Shown one piece after another: positions 36,781-45,499 of a DNA stretch of 64,000 nt (positions within the stretch are counted from its first letter, which is position 1; the number at the start of each line of letters is the position of its first letter). The notes under the pieces are model-generated. The model worked only from the letters and a program-made list of their open reading frames with translations. It did no database searches and was not told the origin of the DNA. Source of the stretch: a virus. The stretch lies in IMG/VR virus record IMGVR_UViG_3300037483_001170, positions 32,001-96,000 of that record; one strand, written 5' to 3'. The translations under genes were made by a program, and so were the position numbers.

Positions 36781-37140
36781 TCACGTGCCGCCGTCTCTTC
36801 GCCGCGTCCGCGACCAGCTGCTGAGTAGCTCCGCGGCGGCCTCAAGATCGTCGCCGCCGCGAAGGGCTTCGTACTCAGCATGCTGTCTGGCGTCGAACGC
36901 CGCAAGATCATCCGCGAACTTCTCCTCGATCGCTTCCATGCGTGCCTCGCCGGCCTGCACGGCGGCATCAAGACGCTCTGCGATCACAGCCTCGCCAGGA
37001 CCAGCGTCGATGCCGGTCGTGATCGGCTCTCCGCCACCATCGTGCATGGGGCCGCAGCCACGGCCGGCGACGAACACGACAAGCAGCAGAAGAACGGCCG
37101 CTACGGCGACAAGAATCAGCTGCGTGCGTGTGAGCGTCAC
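36781..37140 (-). CDS. N-terminal TM coiled-coil protein (spanin-like candidate)
   Basis: LILVAVAAVLLLLVVFVAGRGC followed by a helical segment. Confidence 0.5.
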   Translation of the reverse strand: MTLTRTQLILVAVAAVLLLLVVFVAGRGCGPMHDGGGEPITTGIDAGPGEAVIAERLDAAVQAGEARMEAIEEKFADDLAAFDARQHAEYEALRGGDDLEAAAELLSSWSRTRRRDGGT

Positions 37141-37208
37141 GTGAACACGTCCGACAGGAACGAGACCATCCAGACGAGAAGGAGATGGAAGAACCACAGG
37201 ATGCTCAT
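37137..37208 (-). CDS. 23-aa hydrophobic microprotein
   Basis: MSILWFFHLLLVWMVSFLSDVFT, coupled by ATGA and GTGA overlaps. Confidence 0.45.
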   Translation of the reverse strand: MSILWFFHLLLVWMVSFLSDVFT

Positions 37209-37795
37209 GGCGCGTTCTCCATCTTTCGCTTCACTTCGGCCTCCATGGCCTCGCGTTCCGCGTCGGCGTCGACGAGCGTTTCGGTCGACGAACTTGGATC
37301 CGAGGCAGGCTTGGGCGTGGCCGGAACTGCCGGAGGTGTCAAGGCGGGCGGTGGCTGGCTCTGCGACGGCAGTCCGAGCTTCGAGCGCACCCATGGAACA
37401 ATGAGCGCGGCAACGCGCGGCACCTGCGCGGTGATCGACTCGACAAGCAGTCCCACTTGGCCGTTCAGCATCCCAGCAAATCCACCGAACCATAGGACAG
37501 CGCTCGGCTGGCTACTGATGAACTCCGGACGTGGCAGGCCTGGGATGAACGCGACGGCGACGCCGACAAGCGCAGGATGCGCCGCACGTGTGATTGCCCA
37601 AGCGCGAAACAGGACCGGCCACTTCGGATCGCTTTCTTCGGTCTTTCCACGCAGGAAGCCCTTCGCCGACGGTACAAACGCCAGCGCGATTCGATTCGCG
37701 GTAACGCCGCCGCCATAGATGCCCAGCGCGATGACGAACGTCGGCCAGAGCTGCTCGAAGAACCACCAAAAATCCTTGGTCGCCTCGGTGTCCAT
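37205..37795 (-). CDS. Multi-TM membrane protein (holin candidate)
   Basis: About three hydrophobic segments and a charged C-terminal tail; heads the membrane-gene cassette. Confidence 0.5.
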   Translation of the reverse strand: MDTEATKDFWWFFEQLWPTFVIALGIYGGGVTANRIALAFVPSAKGFLRGKTEESDPKWPVLFRAWAITRAAHPALVGVAVAFIPGLPRPEFISSQPSAVLWFGGFAGMLNGQVGLLVESITAQVPRVAALIVPWVRSKLGLPSQSQPPPALTPPAVPATPKPASDPSSSTETLVDADAEREAMEAEVKRKMENAP

Positions 37796-37854
37796 GCCGA
37801 CAGGGTACACCGGACGCGCTACGGTAGCCAAGGTCGTGGCAAAGCGCTGCGAGC

Positions 37855-38163
37855 CTAGAGCCAGCGGAGAATCCTCTCCGAGTGCTCCGGAAGTGTCGCC
37901 CGGACGTGCGTCGCGAAACGGCTGACCGCCGCGGCGCGGCTCGGCAGACGGTCACGCGCCGGCTTCGCCGTCATCAGCAGCGCCACCGCCAGATCGACGT
38001 CCAGCTTCTCGAAGTCGAGCGCGCGCAACGTACTGTCGACTTCCGCGAACTCGCCATCGCCCAGAGCATCGTCGAGCGCGCCCATCGCAACATCGAGACC
38101 GCGGTGGACCTCCCCGTCCGCTGCCAGGTGCTGCGCATACGCGATGTGGTCGACGAGCTTCAT
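37855..38163 (-). CDS. Hypothetical protein
   Basis: ATGA-coupled to NAMPT. Confidence 0.6.
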   Translation of the reverse strand: MKLVDHIAYAQHLAADGEVHRGLDVAMGALDDALGDGEFAEVDSTLRALDFEKLDVDLAVALLMTAKPARDRLPSRAAAVSRFATHVRATLPEHSERILRWL

Positions 38164-39566
38164 CCTTCCGACGCGCGCCGCCTAACGTCCGCGAATGTCT
38201 GGCGCCGCAGCACCTCGCCGTTGCGGAAGACCGGCTCCAGCAGCGTCTGGCTCTGCGCTGTCTGACCGCGGAGTATGACGTCCTGCGGCACGGTCATGAA
38301 CTCGCCTGCGTCGTTCCGCACGAGCGCCAGACGGCCGGCTTTCGACTTCTTACCCGGATCGGTGATCGGGTCCTTCAGCACGTCGCGCCACTCGCCATTC
38401 ACCTGAATCGCGGAGCACTTGATCGCGCACTTCTGCGTGTCGCGGTTCACCTTCTGAAGAAGACCGCCGCCGGAACCGAACGCGACGTTGTCCGCGGACC
38501 ACCCGTTCGCGGTCATCGCGCTGAGGATCTTGCAGATCATCTCGAAGTCGATGCCGTCGCCCTGGATCACGCGCACGTGCGGATCCAGCACCTTGAAGCC
38601 CTTCGCGTTCGTCGAGAAGCCGAAGCGCTCGCCCAGGATGTTCAGCACCTCGCACACGACTGCGACCGGGGGACCGCTGTCGGGGCGGATGACCAGGCAG
38701 CCGTCGCGGGCGAGGACGCGGTCACGCAGCTGCGTGCCCCACAGGTCGCGGCACGCTGCGTAGATGTCGTAGCTGTCTGACACGCACGCGACGAGACCGG
38801 TCGGGAACTGATCGAGCAGGTTCCGATACGCGTCGACCTCGTGCTCGCGACCCCAGGACGTGATCGTGCTGTGCTCGCTCGCCGGAATCGAGTGGCCACC
38901 CATGGGCTCCTCGTAGTAGTCAGCGAGCAGATCCAGCGCAGGCGTCGTATCGGTGCCCCTGAAGCTGGTCATGTGAGCCGCGCCTCCGATAGCGGCCGAC
39001 TCCACCGACGTGCTCCCACGGAAGCCGAAGTCATGGACCTTGTAGTCGATCAGCCCAGGGTCTCCCGTACGTTCTAGCGCGCCCAGCACGAGCTTGTGCA
39101 TCGCGCGGCTCTGCGATGCGACCGTCATCGGGTACCACACCATGCTCTTGAGTGTTTCGAGCCAGTTCGACAGCCACGGCACATGCGGATCTGTGTTGCA
39201 GATGGTCATCATCACGTTGCGCGTCGGAACGACCGTACCTTCAGGCACGGCGCAGATCTCGACCGGCAGTCGACCACCGTGCTTCTCGATGATGTACCTC
39301 CAACCGTCCACATTGAAGATCCTGTCAGTTCCGAGATGCGCTGCCCAGAACCGCTCCGCCCTTTGCAGGTCAGCTGGCGTAACAACGACGCCCTCAAAGT
39401 ACTCCATCAGGTAGTACTGAAGTCCGAAGAAGACGGTCTCCGGGAACACGCCGCCACGGCTCTCGAAGAACGAGTAGACATGCTCCGCACCAGGCGGGAG
39501 CTGACGATGATGGCTCGCCTTGTACGAGTCGGTGGCCGTCAGGAGATTCAACCGTTTCATGCTCAT
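38160..39566 (-). CDS. nadV: Nicotinamide phosphoribosyltransferase
   Basis: TDSYKASH, HDFGFRG, FRGTDT, PASEHS, VSDSYD, IRPDSG, IQGDG, FGSGGGLLQKVNRDT, KKSKAG. Confidence 0.96.
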   Translation of the reverse strand: MSMKRLNLLTATDSYKASHHRQLPPGAEHVYSFFESRGGVFPETVFFGLQYYLMEYFEGVVVTPADLQRAERFWAAHLGTDRIFNVDGWRYIIEKHGGRLPVEICAVPEGTVVPTRNVMMTICNTDPHVPWLSNWLETLKSMVWYPMTVASQSRAMHKLVLGALERTGDPGLIDYKVHDFGFRGSTSVESAAIGGAAHMTSFRGTDTTPALDLLADYYEEPMGGHSIPASEHSTITSWGREHEVDAYRNLLDQFPTGLVACVSDSYDIYAACRDLWGTQLRDRVLARDGCLVIRPDSGPPVAVVCEVLNILGERFGFSTNAKGFKVLDPHVRVIQGDGIDFEMICKILSAMTANGWSADNVAFGSGGGLLQKVNRDTQKCAIKCSAIQVNGEWRDVLKDPITDPGKKSKAGRLALVRNDAGEFMTVPQDVILRGQTAQSQTLLEPVFRNGEVLRRQTFADVRRRASEG

Positions 39567-39726
39567 CCTCCATTCAACCATTCAACCATCTAGCTGTCGT
39601 AGGCCGACTGACCTGAGGGCACTGCCGAAGTCCGTCGCAACGACGAAGTGTCGACGTGAACACCTCGTCGTCCGCCAGCCTCCACTGTCGCCAGCAGCTC
39701 TTCCAGCTCAGCTCGTGCAGCAATGC

Positions 39727-40584
39727 TCACGGTAGAATCAACCCGTCTAGCAGCGCCTGCGGCAGATCGTTCTTCCAGCGTTCCGGCGCGAGCGCACCGA
39801 GGCCGAGCGCCAGAGCTGCTAGCGTGTCGACGTCTCCGCCGAGCGCCACACAGCCGATCAAGAGCTTGTGCAGCGAGTCGTGACGCAAGAGCATTCCGAG
39901 CGCAGCCTGCACAATGTCCTTGCCGCGCGTAGTGCCACGGGCCCACTGGGACGGAGACCACGCGTCCGGCGCTGGCCAGTCGACTATCCTGGTCGCGGTC
40001 GCCATGCACTCATCCGTCTTACCTGCGCCGTCGTTCAGGTCCCACGAAAGTCCTGCCACAACGATCGCGGCATCAATCGAATCCGGATGGTGATGCGTTA
40101 CCCGCGCCTGTTCTGTCGCGAGGGCCTCGACCAGTCCGGGGCCATACCCGCGGGCTTTTGCGAGCGTTCCACAGGGGAGAGCCCTCATGGCGGCGCCACA
40201 CGTGTCGACCAGCCGCTCGCCGGCAACGACCACATCACGGCCAGCCGCGATCAGTGCTCGGCCGGGCTCAGGCTGCCGCAGCGACCACTCCAGCCGTTCC
40301 CTCATTCGGCTTCCATAACCGGGCGCCGGATTCGCCCGATACGCCTCGCAGAACTCATCGGCAAACCCGATGCGAAAACTGGCATGCTTCACGATGCTCG
40401 ACGCGACGGCCAGCGTCATCTGCGTGTCGTCGGTGGTCATGCCCGGACAGTGGGCCTTGTCGAGCCCGTGCTGCCGGTACGTCAGGCCGTCGTTGAACTC
40501 CTCGACGTACTCAGGCGGCTTCATCTCGAAGCCACTTCCATAAGCATCCCCAACCATGAAACACTCCAACCACGGCTCGCTCAC
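39727..40584 (-). CDS. ADP-ribosylglycohydrolase (DraG/ARH family)
   Basis: GDAYG, TTDDTQMT, GAAMR, VTHHHP, GGDVDTLAAL; GTG start after GGAGG. Confidence 0.9.
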   Translation of the reverse strand: MSEPWLECFMVGDAYGSGFEMKPPEYVEEFNDGLTYRQHGLDKAHCPGMTTDDTQMTLAVASSIVKHASFRIGFADEFCEAYRANPAPGYGSRMRERLEWSLRQPEPGRALIAAGRDVVVAGERLVDTCGAAMRALPCGTLAKARGYGPGLVEALATEQARVTHHHPDSIDAAIVVAGLSWDLNDGAGKTDECMATATRIVDWPAPDAWSPSQWARGTTRGKDIVQAALGMLLRHDSLHKLLIGCVALGGDVDTLAALALGLGALAPERWKNDLPQALLDGLILP

Positions 40585-40621
40585 GGTTCCTCCACTGTCC
40601 ACGCACACGAAGGCTTCGTCG

Positions 40622-41281
40622 ATGAAAACGTTCGATCCTCAAGACATTGTCGGCTCTCAGTGCAACGCTCTCAGGATCCTCGCGTTGTCCAAGAAAGTGC
40701 CTAGGGCCAACCATCCTGGCGACTACATCTACTTCTATTCATGCCTCTGCGAATGCGGCGTAACCGTCGAAAAGCGCCGAGGCAACTTGGTTACGCACCA
40801 CGTTTACTCCTGTGGCTGTAGACGTCGCCGTAGCGGCAACAAAAGTCCGTGTTGGACCGGCCACGGCGAGATCAGTCGACGCTTGTGGACACACATCGAA
40901 CGCCACGCAAAGGATCGTGGCCTCGCGTTCTCGGTATCTATTGAAGACGCCTGGGCCAAGTTCGAGCAGCAAGGCAGAAGGTGTGCGCTTAGCGGCGTCG
41001 CTCTGAGCATGACACTCCACAAGGCCGCGTATGCCATGCGAACCGCGTCCCTTGATCGCATTGACAACGCCAAGGGATACACGACCGGTAACATTCAATG
41101 GCTGCATAAGGATGTGAACCGGATGAAGGGCGCGTTTTCTACGGACCGATTTATCGAACTCTGTGTATCCGTTGCGATTCACCCTCCTCAGGCGTTCACG
41201 GTGCCCGACGCAAACGTCGCCGCCGATGAGAGCGTAACCGGTCGCATCACCACCACCGCTCGCGCGCGGCATGCACGCTGA
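40622..41281 (+). CDS. HNH-type (homing-endonuclease-like) protein, antisense within the NAD operon
   Basis: CLCECG..SCGC N-terminus; CALSG, ASLDRIDNAKGYTTGNIQWLHKDVNRMKG; lower GC. Confidence 0.85.
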   Translation: MKTFDPQDIVGSQCNALRILALSKKVPRANHPGDYIYFYSCLCECGVTVEKRRGNLVTHHVYSCGCRRRRSGNKSPCWTGHGEISRRLWTHIERHAKDRGLAFSVSIEDAWAKFEQQGRRCALSGVALSMTLHKAAYAMRTASLDRIDNAKGYTTGNIQWLHKDVNRMKGAFSTDRFIELCVSVAIHPPQAFTVPDANVAADESVTGRITTTARARHAR

Positions 41282-42161
41282 GCATCTTCACGAGCGGTCG
41301 GTGCTCCTCGACCAACTTTCCCTCGATGTCCGGGATCGAATGCCATGTCAGCGCGCCGTCCATGTCGTCCGACGCCTTTGGCGCGCCGAAGACGTGGGTC
41401 GCAGCGAACAGCGTCGTCATGATCGTGTCGCGCGTGTTCCGGTACCGCCAGTCGTCGACCTTCGTGGATCCGACGTACCGAAAGTCCGCCAGCTCCAGGC
41501 CGCCGGTCTCTTCGAATGCCTCGCGCTTCGCGGCCATTTCGAGGCTCGCGTCCGACGGGTCGACGAAGCCGCCCACGAAGCGGAGAAGACCCTCGTCCTC
41601 CAGCTTCGCGCCGAGCAGCACCTGCGAGCGGTCACCGTTCACGATGGCGATGTCCACGGTCTGGAAGACGAGCGGCGGACGGGTCGTCGCCGTGTACACG
41701 ACGCCTGCACGGAACTCGCGCGAGAGCGCAGGATGGTCGACGGCATCCTGACGCAGCGCCGTTCCGGAGAGGTCGTGCGTCTCCGGCAGCTCGATGCACG
41801 GGTACTTGCCGCAGTAGCTTGGGATGAAGCTGGCGCGCGATCCGTAGAGCGAGAACTCCGTCTGCTTCGGGTACGCCGCTGCGATCGTCGCGTCGAGCAG
41901 CTGGCTCCAGCGCGCGTTCGAACGGCAATCCCGATGCGTCACGATCTTCGCGGCGGGGTAGTGATGAAGCACCATCTGCTCGCGGCGAGCGACGTCCAGC
42001 GGATTGTGGAACGTCGGCACGTAGGTCCGGGCCACGCCGAGCACGACGAGCACGTGCCGGTGGCGTGCGCTCACTTCATCGAGTAGCGCGCGATGACCCG
42101 CATGCAGCTCCGTGGTCTGGAACCGCGCGATGACGACGCCGACGCCGGGCTGCTGGGTCAC
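41247..42161 (-). CDS. Bifunctional NMN adenylyltransferase / Nudix ADP-ribose hydrolase (NadM-Nudix)
   Basis: ARFQ..LHAGH, HNPL, SGTALR; Nudix box GGFVDPSDASLEMAAKREAFEETGG. Confidence 0.92.
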   Translation of the reverse strand: MTQQPGVGVVIARFQTTELHAGHRALLDEVSARHRHVLVVLGVARTYVPTFHNPLDVARREQMVLHHYPAAKIVTHRDCRSNARWSQLLDATIAAAYPKQTEFSLYGSRASFIPSYCGKYPCIELPETHDLSGTALRQDAVDHPALSREFRAGVVYTATTRPPLVFQTVDIAIVNGDRSQVLLGAKLEDEGLLRFVGGFVDPSDASLEMAAKREAFEETGGLELADFRYVGSTKVDDWRYRNTRDTIMTTLFAATHVFGAPKASDDMDGALTWHSIPDIEGKLVEEHRPLVKMLSVHAARERWW

Positions 42162-42412
42162 TGACGGCCCGATCTCGCATCATCCACCGCATGGATGATG
42201 TCGCGCACGAACTCGATGGGGTGCACGGTTCCGCAGACGGCAGGGGCATCGCCGAAGCCGAACAGGCTGAAGCCTCCGCGCGCCACGGCCGCGTACAGAG
42301 CCCGATAGACGAGAGCTTCGTCTCGCGACAGGCCCTCGAACCACCTGCGGCCCGCATCGGAGGATTCGGGCCAAATTCCCTTCGGATACTTCCGCGGGTC
42401 GAGATCGTTCAT
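42158..42412 (-). CDS. Hypothetical protein
   Basis: Coupled ORF. Confidence 0.5.
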   Translation of the reverse strand: MNDLDPRKYPKGIWPESSDAGRRWFEGLSRDEALVYRALYAAVARGGFSLFGFGDAPAVCGTVHPIEFVRDIIHAVDDARSGRQ

Positions 42413-42708
42413 CAGCCGGCCAGCCTGACGCACGTCTGCTCGTAGAAGGCCCGGAACAGGTCGGACGCGGCTCCCAGCTCGGCGAGATCGGCCGGCGGCT
42501 CGTTGAGCCGGTAGATGCCGGTGCCATCGTTCGCGCGGCGACAGAAGCGCTGCTGGAGCATCACGGCCTGGTCGTGCGTGTCCGTGCTGAACGTCGGCAG
42601 GGCTCCACGCGAAAGCGGCTGGTCACGCTCCCGGATGAAGACGGCGCCATCTGCGGTCACGCCGAGAAAGAAGCGGCGATCCAGATCTGCGCGTTGCATC
42701 GGCATGAG
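42412..42708 (-). CDS. Hypothetical protein
   Basis: GGAGG RBS; downstream of the upstream-box motif at 42750-42763. Confidence 0.55.
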   Translation of the reverse strand, partial: LMPMQRADLDRRFFLGVTADGAVFIRERDQPLSRGALPTFSTDTHDQAVMLQQRFCRRANDGTGIYRLNEPPADLAELGAASDLFRAFYEQTCVRLAG

Positions 42709-42767
42709 CACCTCCCACGAGTACATAGCGCTTCATTCGCTGCGCGCAACAACAAATCGCAGCATCG

Positions 42768-43004
42768 TCAGACGCGTGTCTTCTTCAGATACGCCGTCGT
42801 CTCTTCCAGGCGCATGCGCGCGGCCGCTACGCGGATCGCGCAGAAGGCCTCTGCGTCGACGTCGCCGGAGTCGCGCGCGTGATCCTCGTCTAGTGCCTCC
42901 AGCAGTTCCGTGACAGCGTCGAGCAGCTTCTGGAGACGGCGCGACTCGCTGCGTGCGTCATCCTGGGCATCGCGCAACGCCTCGTCCCGGCTGTCGCCGT
43001 TCAC
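42768..43004 (-). CDS. Hypothetical protein
   Basis: GTGA-coupled ORF. Confidence 0.5.
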   Translation of the reverse strand: MNGDSRDEALRDAQDDARSESRRLQKLLDAVTELLEALDEDHARDSGDVDAEAFCAIRVAAARMRLEETTAYLKKTRV

Positions 43005-43315
43005 GTTCGCGGAGCCACCCGGACCTCGAACGTTCGCTCGCCGGTCTCAGAGTCGGCAACACGCTCGTCGCAGGTCCACGGATAGCCGATCGGCAGCGCA
43101 TCGAAGCGCTCGTGGTAACGCTGCGGCGCCGCCGCAATCTGCGAGAACGGCGCGTAGCCCGCGCGCAAGTCTACCGTCGACTGCGCCAGCCACACGCCCG
43201 AGAAACCATTCAGCGCATCCGCCTCATCGGTGCCCTGGGCAACGACGTCAACGTCGAGACAGGTGGCAACCCATGCACACGTGTCGTACATCATCAGAAT
43301 CCGCAGTGACTTCAC
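43001..43315 (-). CDS. HicB-like protein
   Basis: WVATCLDVDVVAQGTDEADAL. Confidence 0.6.
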   Translation of the reverse strand: MKSLRILMMYDTCAWVATCLDVDVVAQGTDEADALNGFSGVWLAQSTVDLRAGYAPFSQIAAAPQRYHERFDALPIGYPWTCDERVADSETGERTFEVRVAPRT

Positions 43316-43326
43316 GGGGCCTCCTG

Positions 43327-44190
43327 TTACTTCACGTCGATGCGGCGAACGTGTGTCCTGAACAACTCGCCTGCGCGCTTGCCGATCGCCTGGCGAGCCT
43401 CCTTGGTGTCGACGAACTCGCCCGCACCTTCGCGTAGGACATCCTCGGTCATCGCACGAATCACGTCGCCGGTCTTCTCGATGCCGATGCCCTGCGGCAG
43501 CTTGTCGAGTACGTGCTGGAGCCTCGTCGAGGTGCACCACTCGGTCGCGATCGCCGACGCATTCGTCAGCACTTCGAGCTGGCTGGGATCGACGACCTTG
43601 CGCGGCGTCGCCGTCTCGCGTTCGTCGTCACGCTTGTGCTTGGCCACGATGCGATCGGTGCCGTATCGAAGCTCTACGAGCGGCCGCAGTACCACGCCCT
43701 CTCGTGGCTTGTCCCCCTCGACGCCGTTGCGCTTCGCTTGTTCAGACGGTGCGTCGCGCTCTGCATCAAGCACGGCGAGGTCGGTCGAACACCGAACGTA
43801 GTGCACGAACTCCAGGCCGAGCTTGCCAGCCACGTCCGCCGCCTCGGGAACAGAAAGCCAGACGTCGCCGATCTGCACCTCGAACGCCGCGAACTTCAGC
43901 GTCGGTCCGTAGCGCCACGCCTGCTTCTGGCAGCTACCACCGTACGCCTCGCCGTAGACGACCAGGGCCTGATGACCGAACCTCTCGAACACGGCCGTGA
44001 GCGCCGGCTCGTCGAAGAGCGCCGCGAATCTGACCTGCGACTCTCCGCCCGGCGAGAACCACACCTTGCCCTGACGCCACGACACGTGAGTTGACGTGCC
44101 GTGGAGCTTCTCCATGGCGTAGCACTCCCGGAACAGCAGGATCGTCTGCCCCTCCGGGCGGTACAGGTTTGCGATCGACGCGTATGACAT
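43327..44190 (-). CDS. RNA ligase, Rnl2-like
   Basis: Motif I EKLHGT, III YGEAYG, IIIa FAAFEV, IV REGVVLRP, V VAKHK. Confidence 0.85.
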   Translation of the reverse strand: MSYASIANLYRPEGQTILLFRECYAMEKLHGTSTHVSWRQGKVWFSPGGESQVRFAALFDEPALTAVFERFGHQALVVYGEAYGGSCQKQAWRYGPTLKFAAFEVQIGDVWLSVPEAADVAGKLGLEFVHYVRCSTDLAVLDAERDAPSEQAKRNGVEGDKPREGVVLRPLVELRYGTDRIVAKHKRDDERETATPRKVVDPSQLEVLTNASAIATEWCTSTRLQHVLDKLPQGIGIEKTGDVIRAMTEDVLREGAGEFVDTKEARQAIGKRAGELFRTHVRRIDVK

Positions 44191-44193
44191 GAG

Positions 44194-44445
44194 CTACGCC
44201 TTTCCCGGCTTGTTGGCTGAATGATTCGGCTGGCCATGTGGCGCCACGACGTCGAGCTTCAGACGCGCGAGCGTCTCTTCGAGAGAAGCGATCATGTCTT
44301 CGCGCGTCGCTGTCGACATGTACGTCATGAAGCCCTTGTCGCCGTAGTCGAACAAGAACAGCGTGTAGCCCATGCTCGGCGGCAACATGCCCTTGAGCGC
44401 ACGACCCAGCTCGCGCAACTTTGCTTCCAGGTCCAGCAGCGCCAT
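44194..44445 (-). CDS. Hypothetical phage protein
   Basis: GYTLFLFDYG..YMSTATREDMI. Confidence 0.6.
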   Translation of the reverse strand: MALLDLEAKLRELGRALKGMLPPSMGYTLFLFDYGDKGFMTYMSTATREDMIASLEETLARLKLDVVAPHGQPNHSANKPGKA

Positions 44446-44446
44446 T

Positions 44447-44884
44447 TCAGACCCCCGCTCGTGACAGCCAGGACCGTAGCGTCGCGGCAATCTCGTCCCG
44501 ATCTCCGTACCACGCCTGACGCGAGACTTCCGTGTACCCGCGCTCGCCCAGCAGCCGCTCCATGCGCGGCGACTCGACGTCGTTCGACGACCAGATCAAC
44601 ACGGGCGCGGTCAACACGAGCATCTGCTCGACCGCGTCGATCCCGTCGAGTCCGTCCGGATCCTGAAGGCTCACGGGCATCGAGTAGCCGCCCAAGTCGT
44701 GGTCGAGCACGATGGCCTTCACGTCCGACGACACATGCCTCTGGCAGAGCAAGAGAAACTCACACACCAGCGGCGTCGAGTGCAACGTGCAGCCGTACGA
44801 GTCGCAGATCCCTCGCAGCCACCGGATACGAGACTCGGTGTCCTCCAGGCAGAGCACCACCTTCTTGTTCAGCTCGGTCTTCAT
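44447..44884 (-). CDS. Cyclic-phosphate-processing receiver-like domain protein
   Basis: LCLED, IVLDHDLG, DG, IWSSN. Confidence 0.65.
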   Translation of the reverse strand: MKTELNKKVVLCLEDTESRIRWLRGICDSYGCTLHSTPLVCEFLLLCQRHVSSDVKAIVLDHDLGGYSMPVSLQDPDGLDGIDAVEQMLVLTAPVLIWSSNDVESPRMERLLGERGYTEVSRQAWYGDRDEIAATLRSWLSRAGV

Positions 44885-44900
44885 GGTCGCAACTCCTGAG

Positions 44901-45287
44901 TCAGTTCACGTACCGCGGAAACACAAAGCCCTTGCTCAACAACCCGGTTGCAAGCCCAGCCGCGCTCGTGCGCTTCAGAAAGCGCGCCTCGTACATGCGC
45001 TGCGCTTCCGAGTCCAAGAACTCACGAGTGTTCCACTTCTCGCAGAACACGTGCCAGGTCCGCAATGCCTCTTCAGGACTGAGCTTTCCGAGCGGCCCGA
45101 TGTCTATCGAAAACTCCTTGCCCTGCGTCTTCAGCACAACGAATAGCCATGGGCCGCTCGTCGGAGCCTCGCCGTTCCCGGCGACGTGCACGAAGATGTC
45201 TTCGCTGGCGAACCCAAGCCGTCGCAGCGCCTCGTGCACAGCCCATGTATCTACGAGCACCTGCGGGTAGTCTTGCATTCGCTTCAT
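44901..45287 (-). CDS. Hypothetical protein
   Basis: HEALRRLGFASEDIFV. Confidence 0.55.
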   Translation of the reverse strand: MKRMQDYPQVLVDTWAVHEALRRLGFASEDIFVHVAGNGEAPTSGPWLFVVLKTQGKEFSIDIGPLGKLSPEEALRTWHVFCEKWNTREFLDSEAQRMYEARFLKRTSAAGLATGLLSKGFVFPRYVN

Positions 45288-45499
45288 CCGCAGCACTCCT
45301 GGCACATGCACGTCGGCGCGTGCGTCTCCCACAGAACACGCCGCTTCATGCGGTGAAGTTGCGCTCGACACCGCTCGTTGCAGAACAACAGACCGTCTTT
45401 CTCCGTGTATGCTTCCGCAAACAACAAGTCACCGCAGACCTCGCACGGATCCGCCAGAAACGCGAACGCGTTCGCGCGGCGACGGACCCGGTCGCCCAC
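45284..45499 (-). CDS. Small Cys-rich zinc-finger protein
   Basis: CEVC..FCNERC..CMCQEC. Confidence 0.5.
   Translation of the reverse strand: MGDRVRRRANAFAFLADPCEVCGDLLFAEAYTEKDGLLFCNERCRAQLHRMKRRVLWETHAPTCMCQECCG

Noticed and set aside
40584-41281. Group I intron carrying the HNH
   Set aside because: Both flanking genes look complete, the HNH is antisense to them, and I saw no intron core elements.
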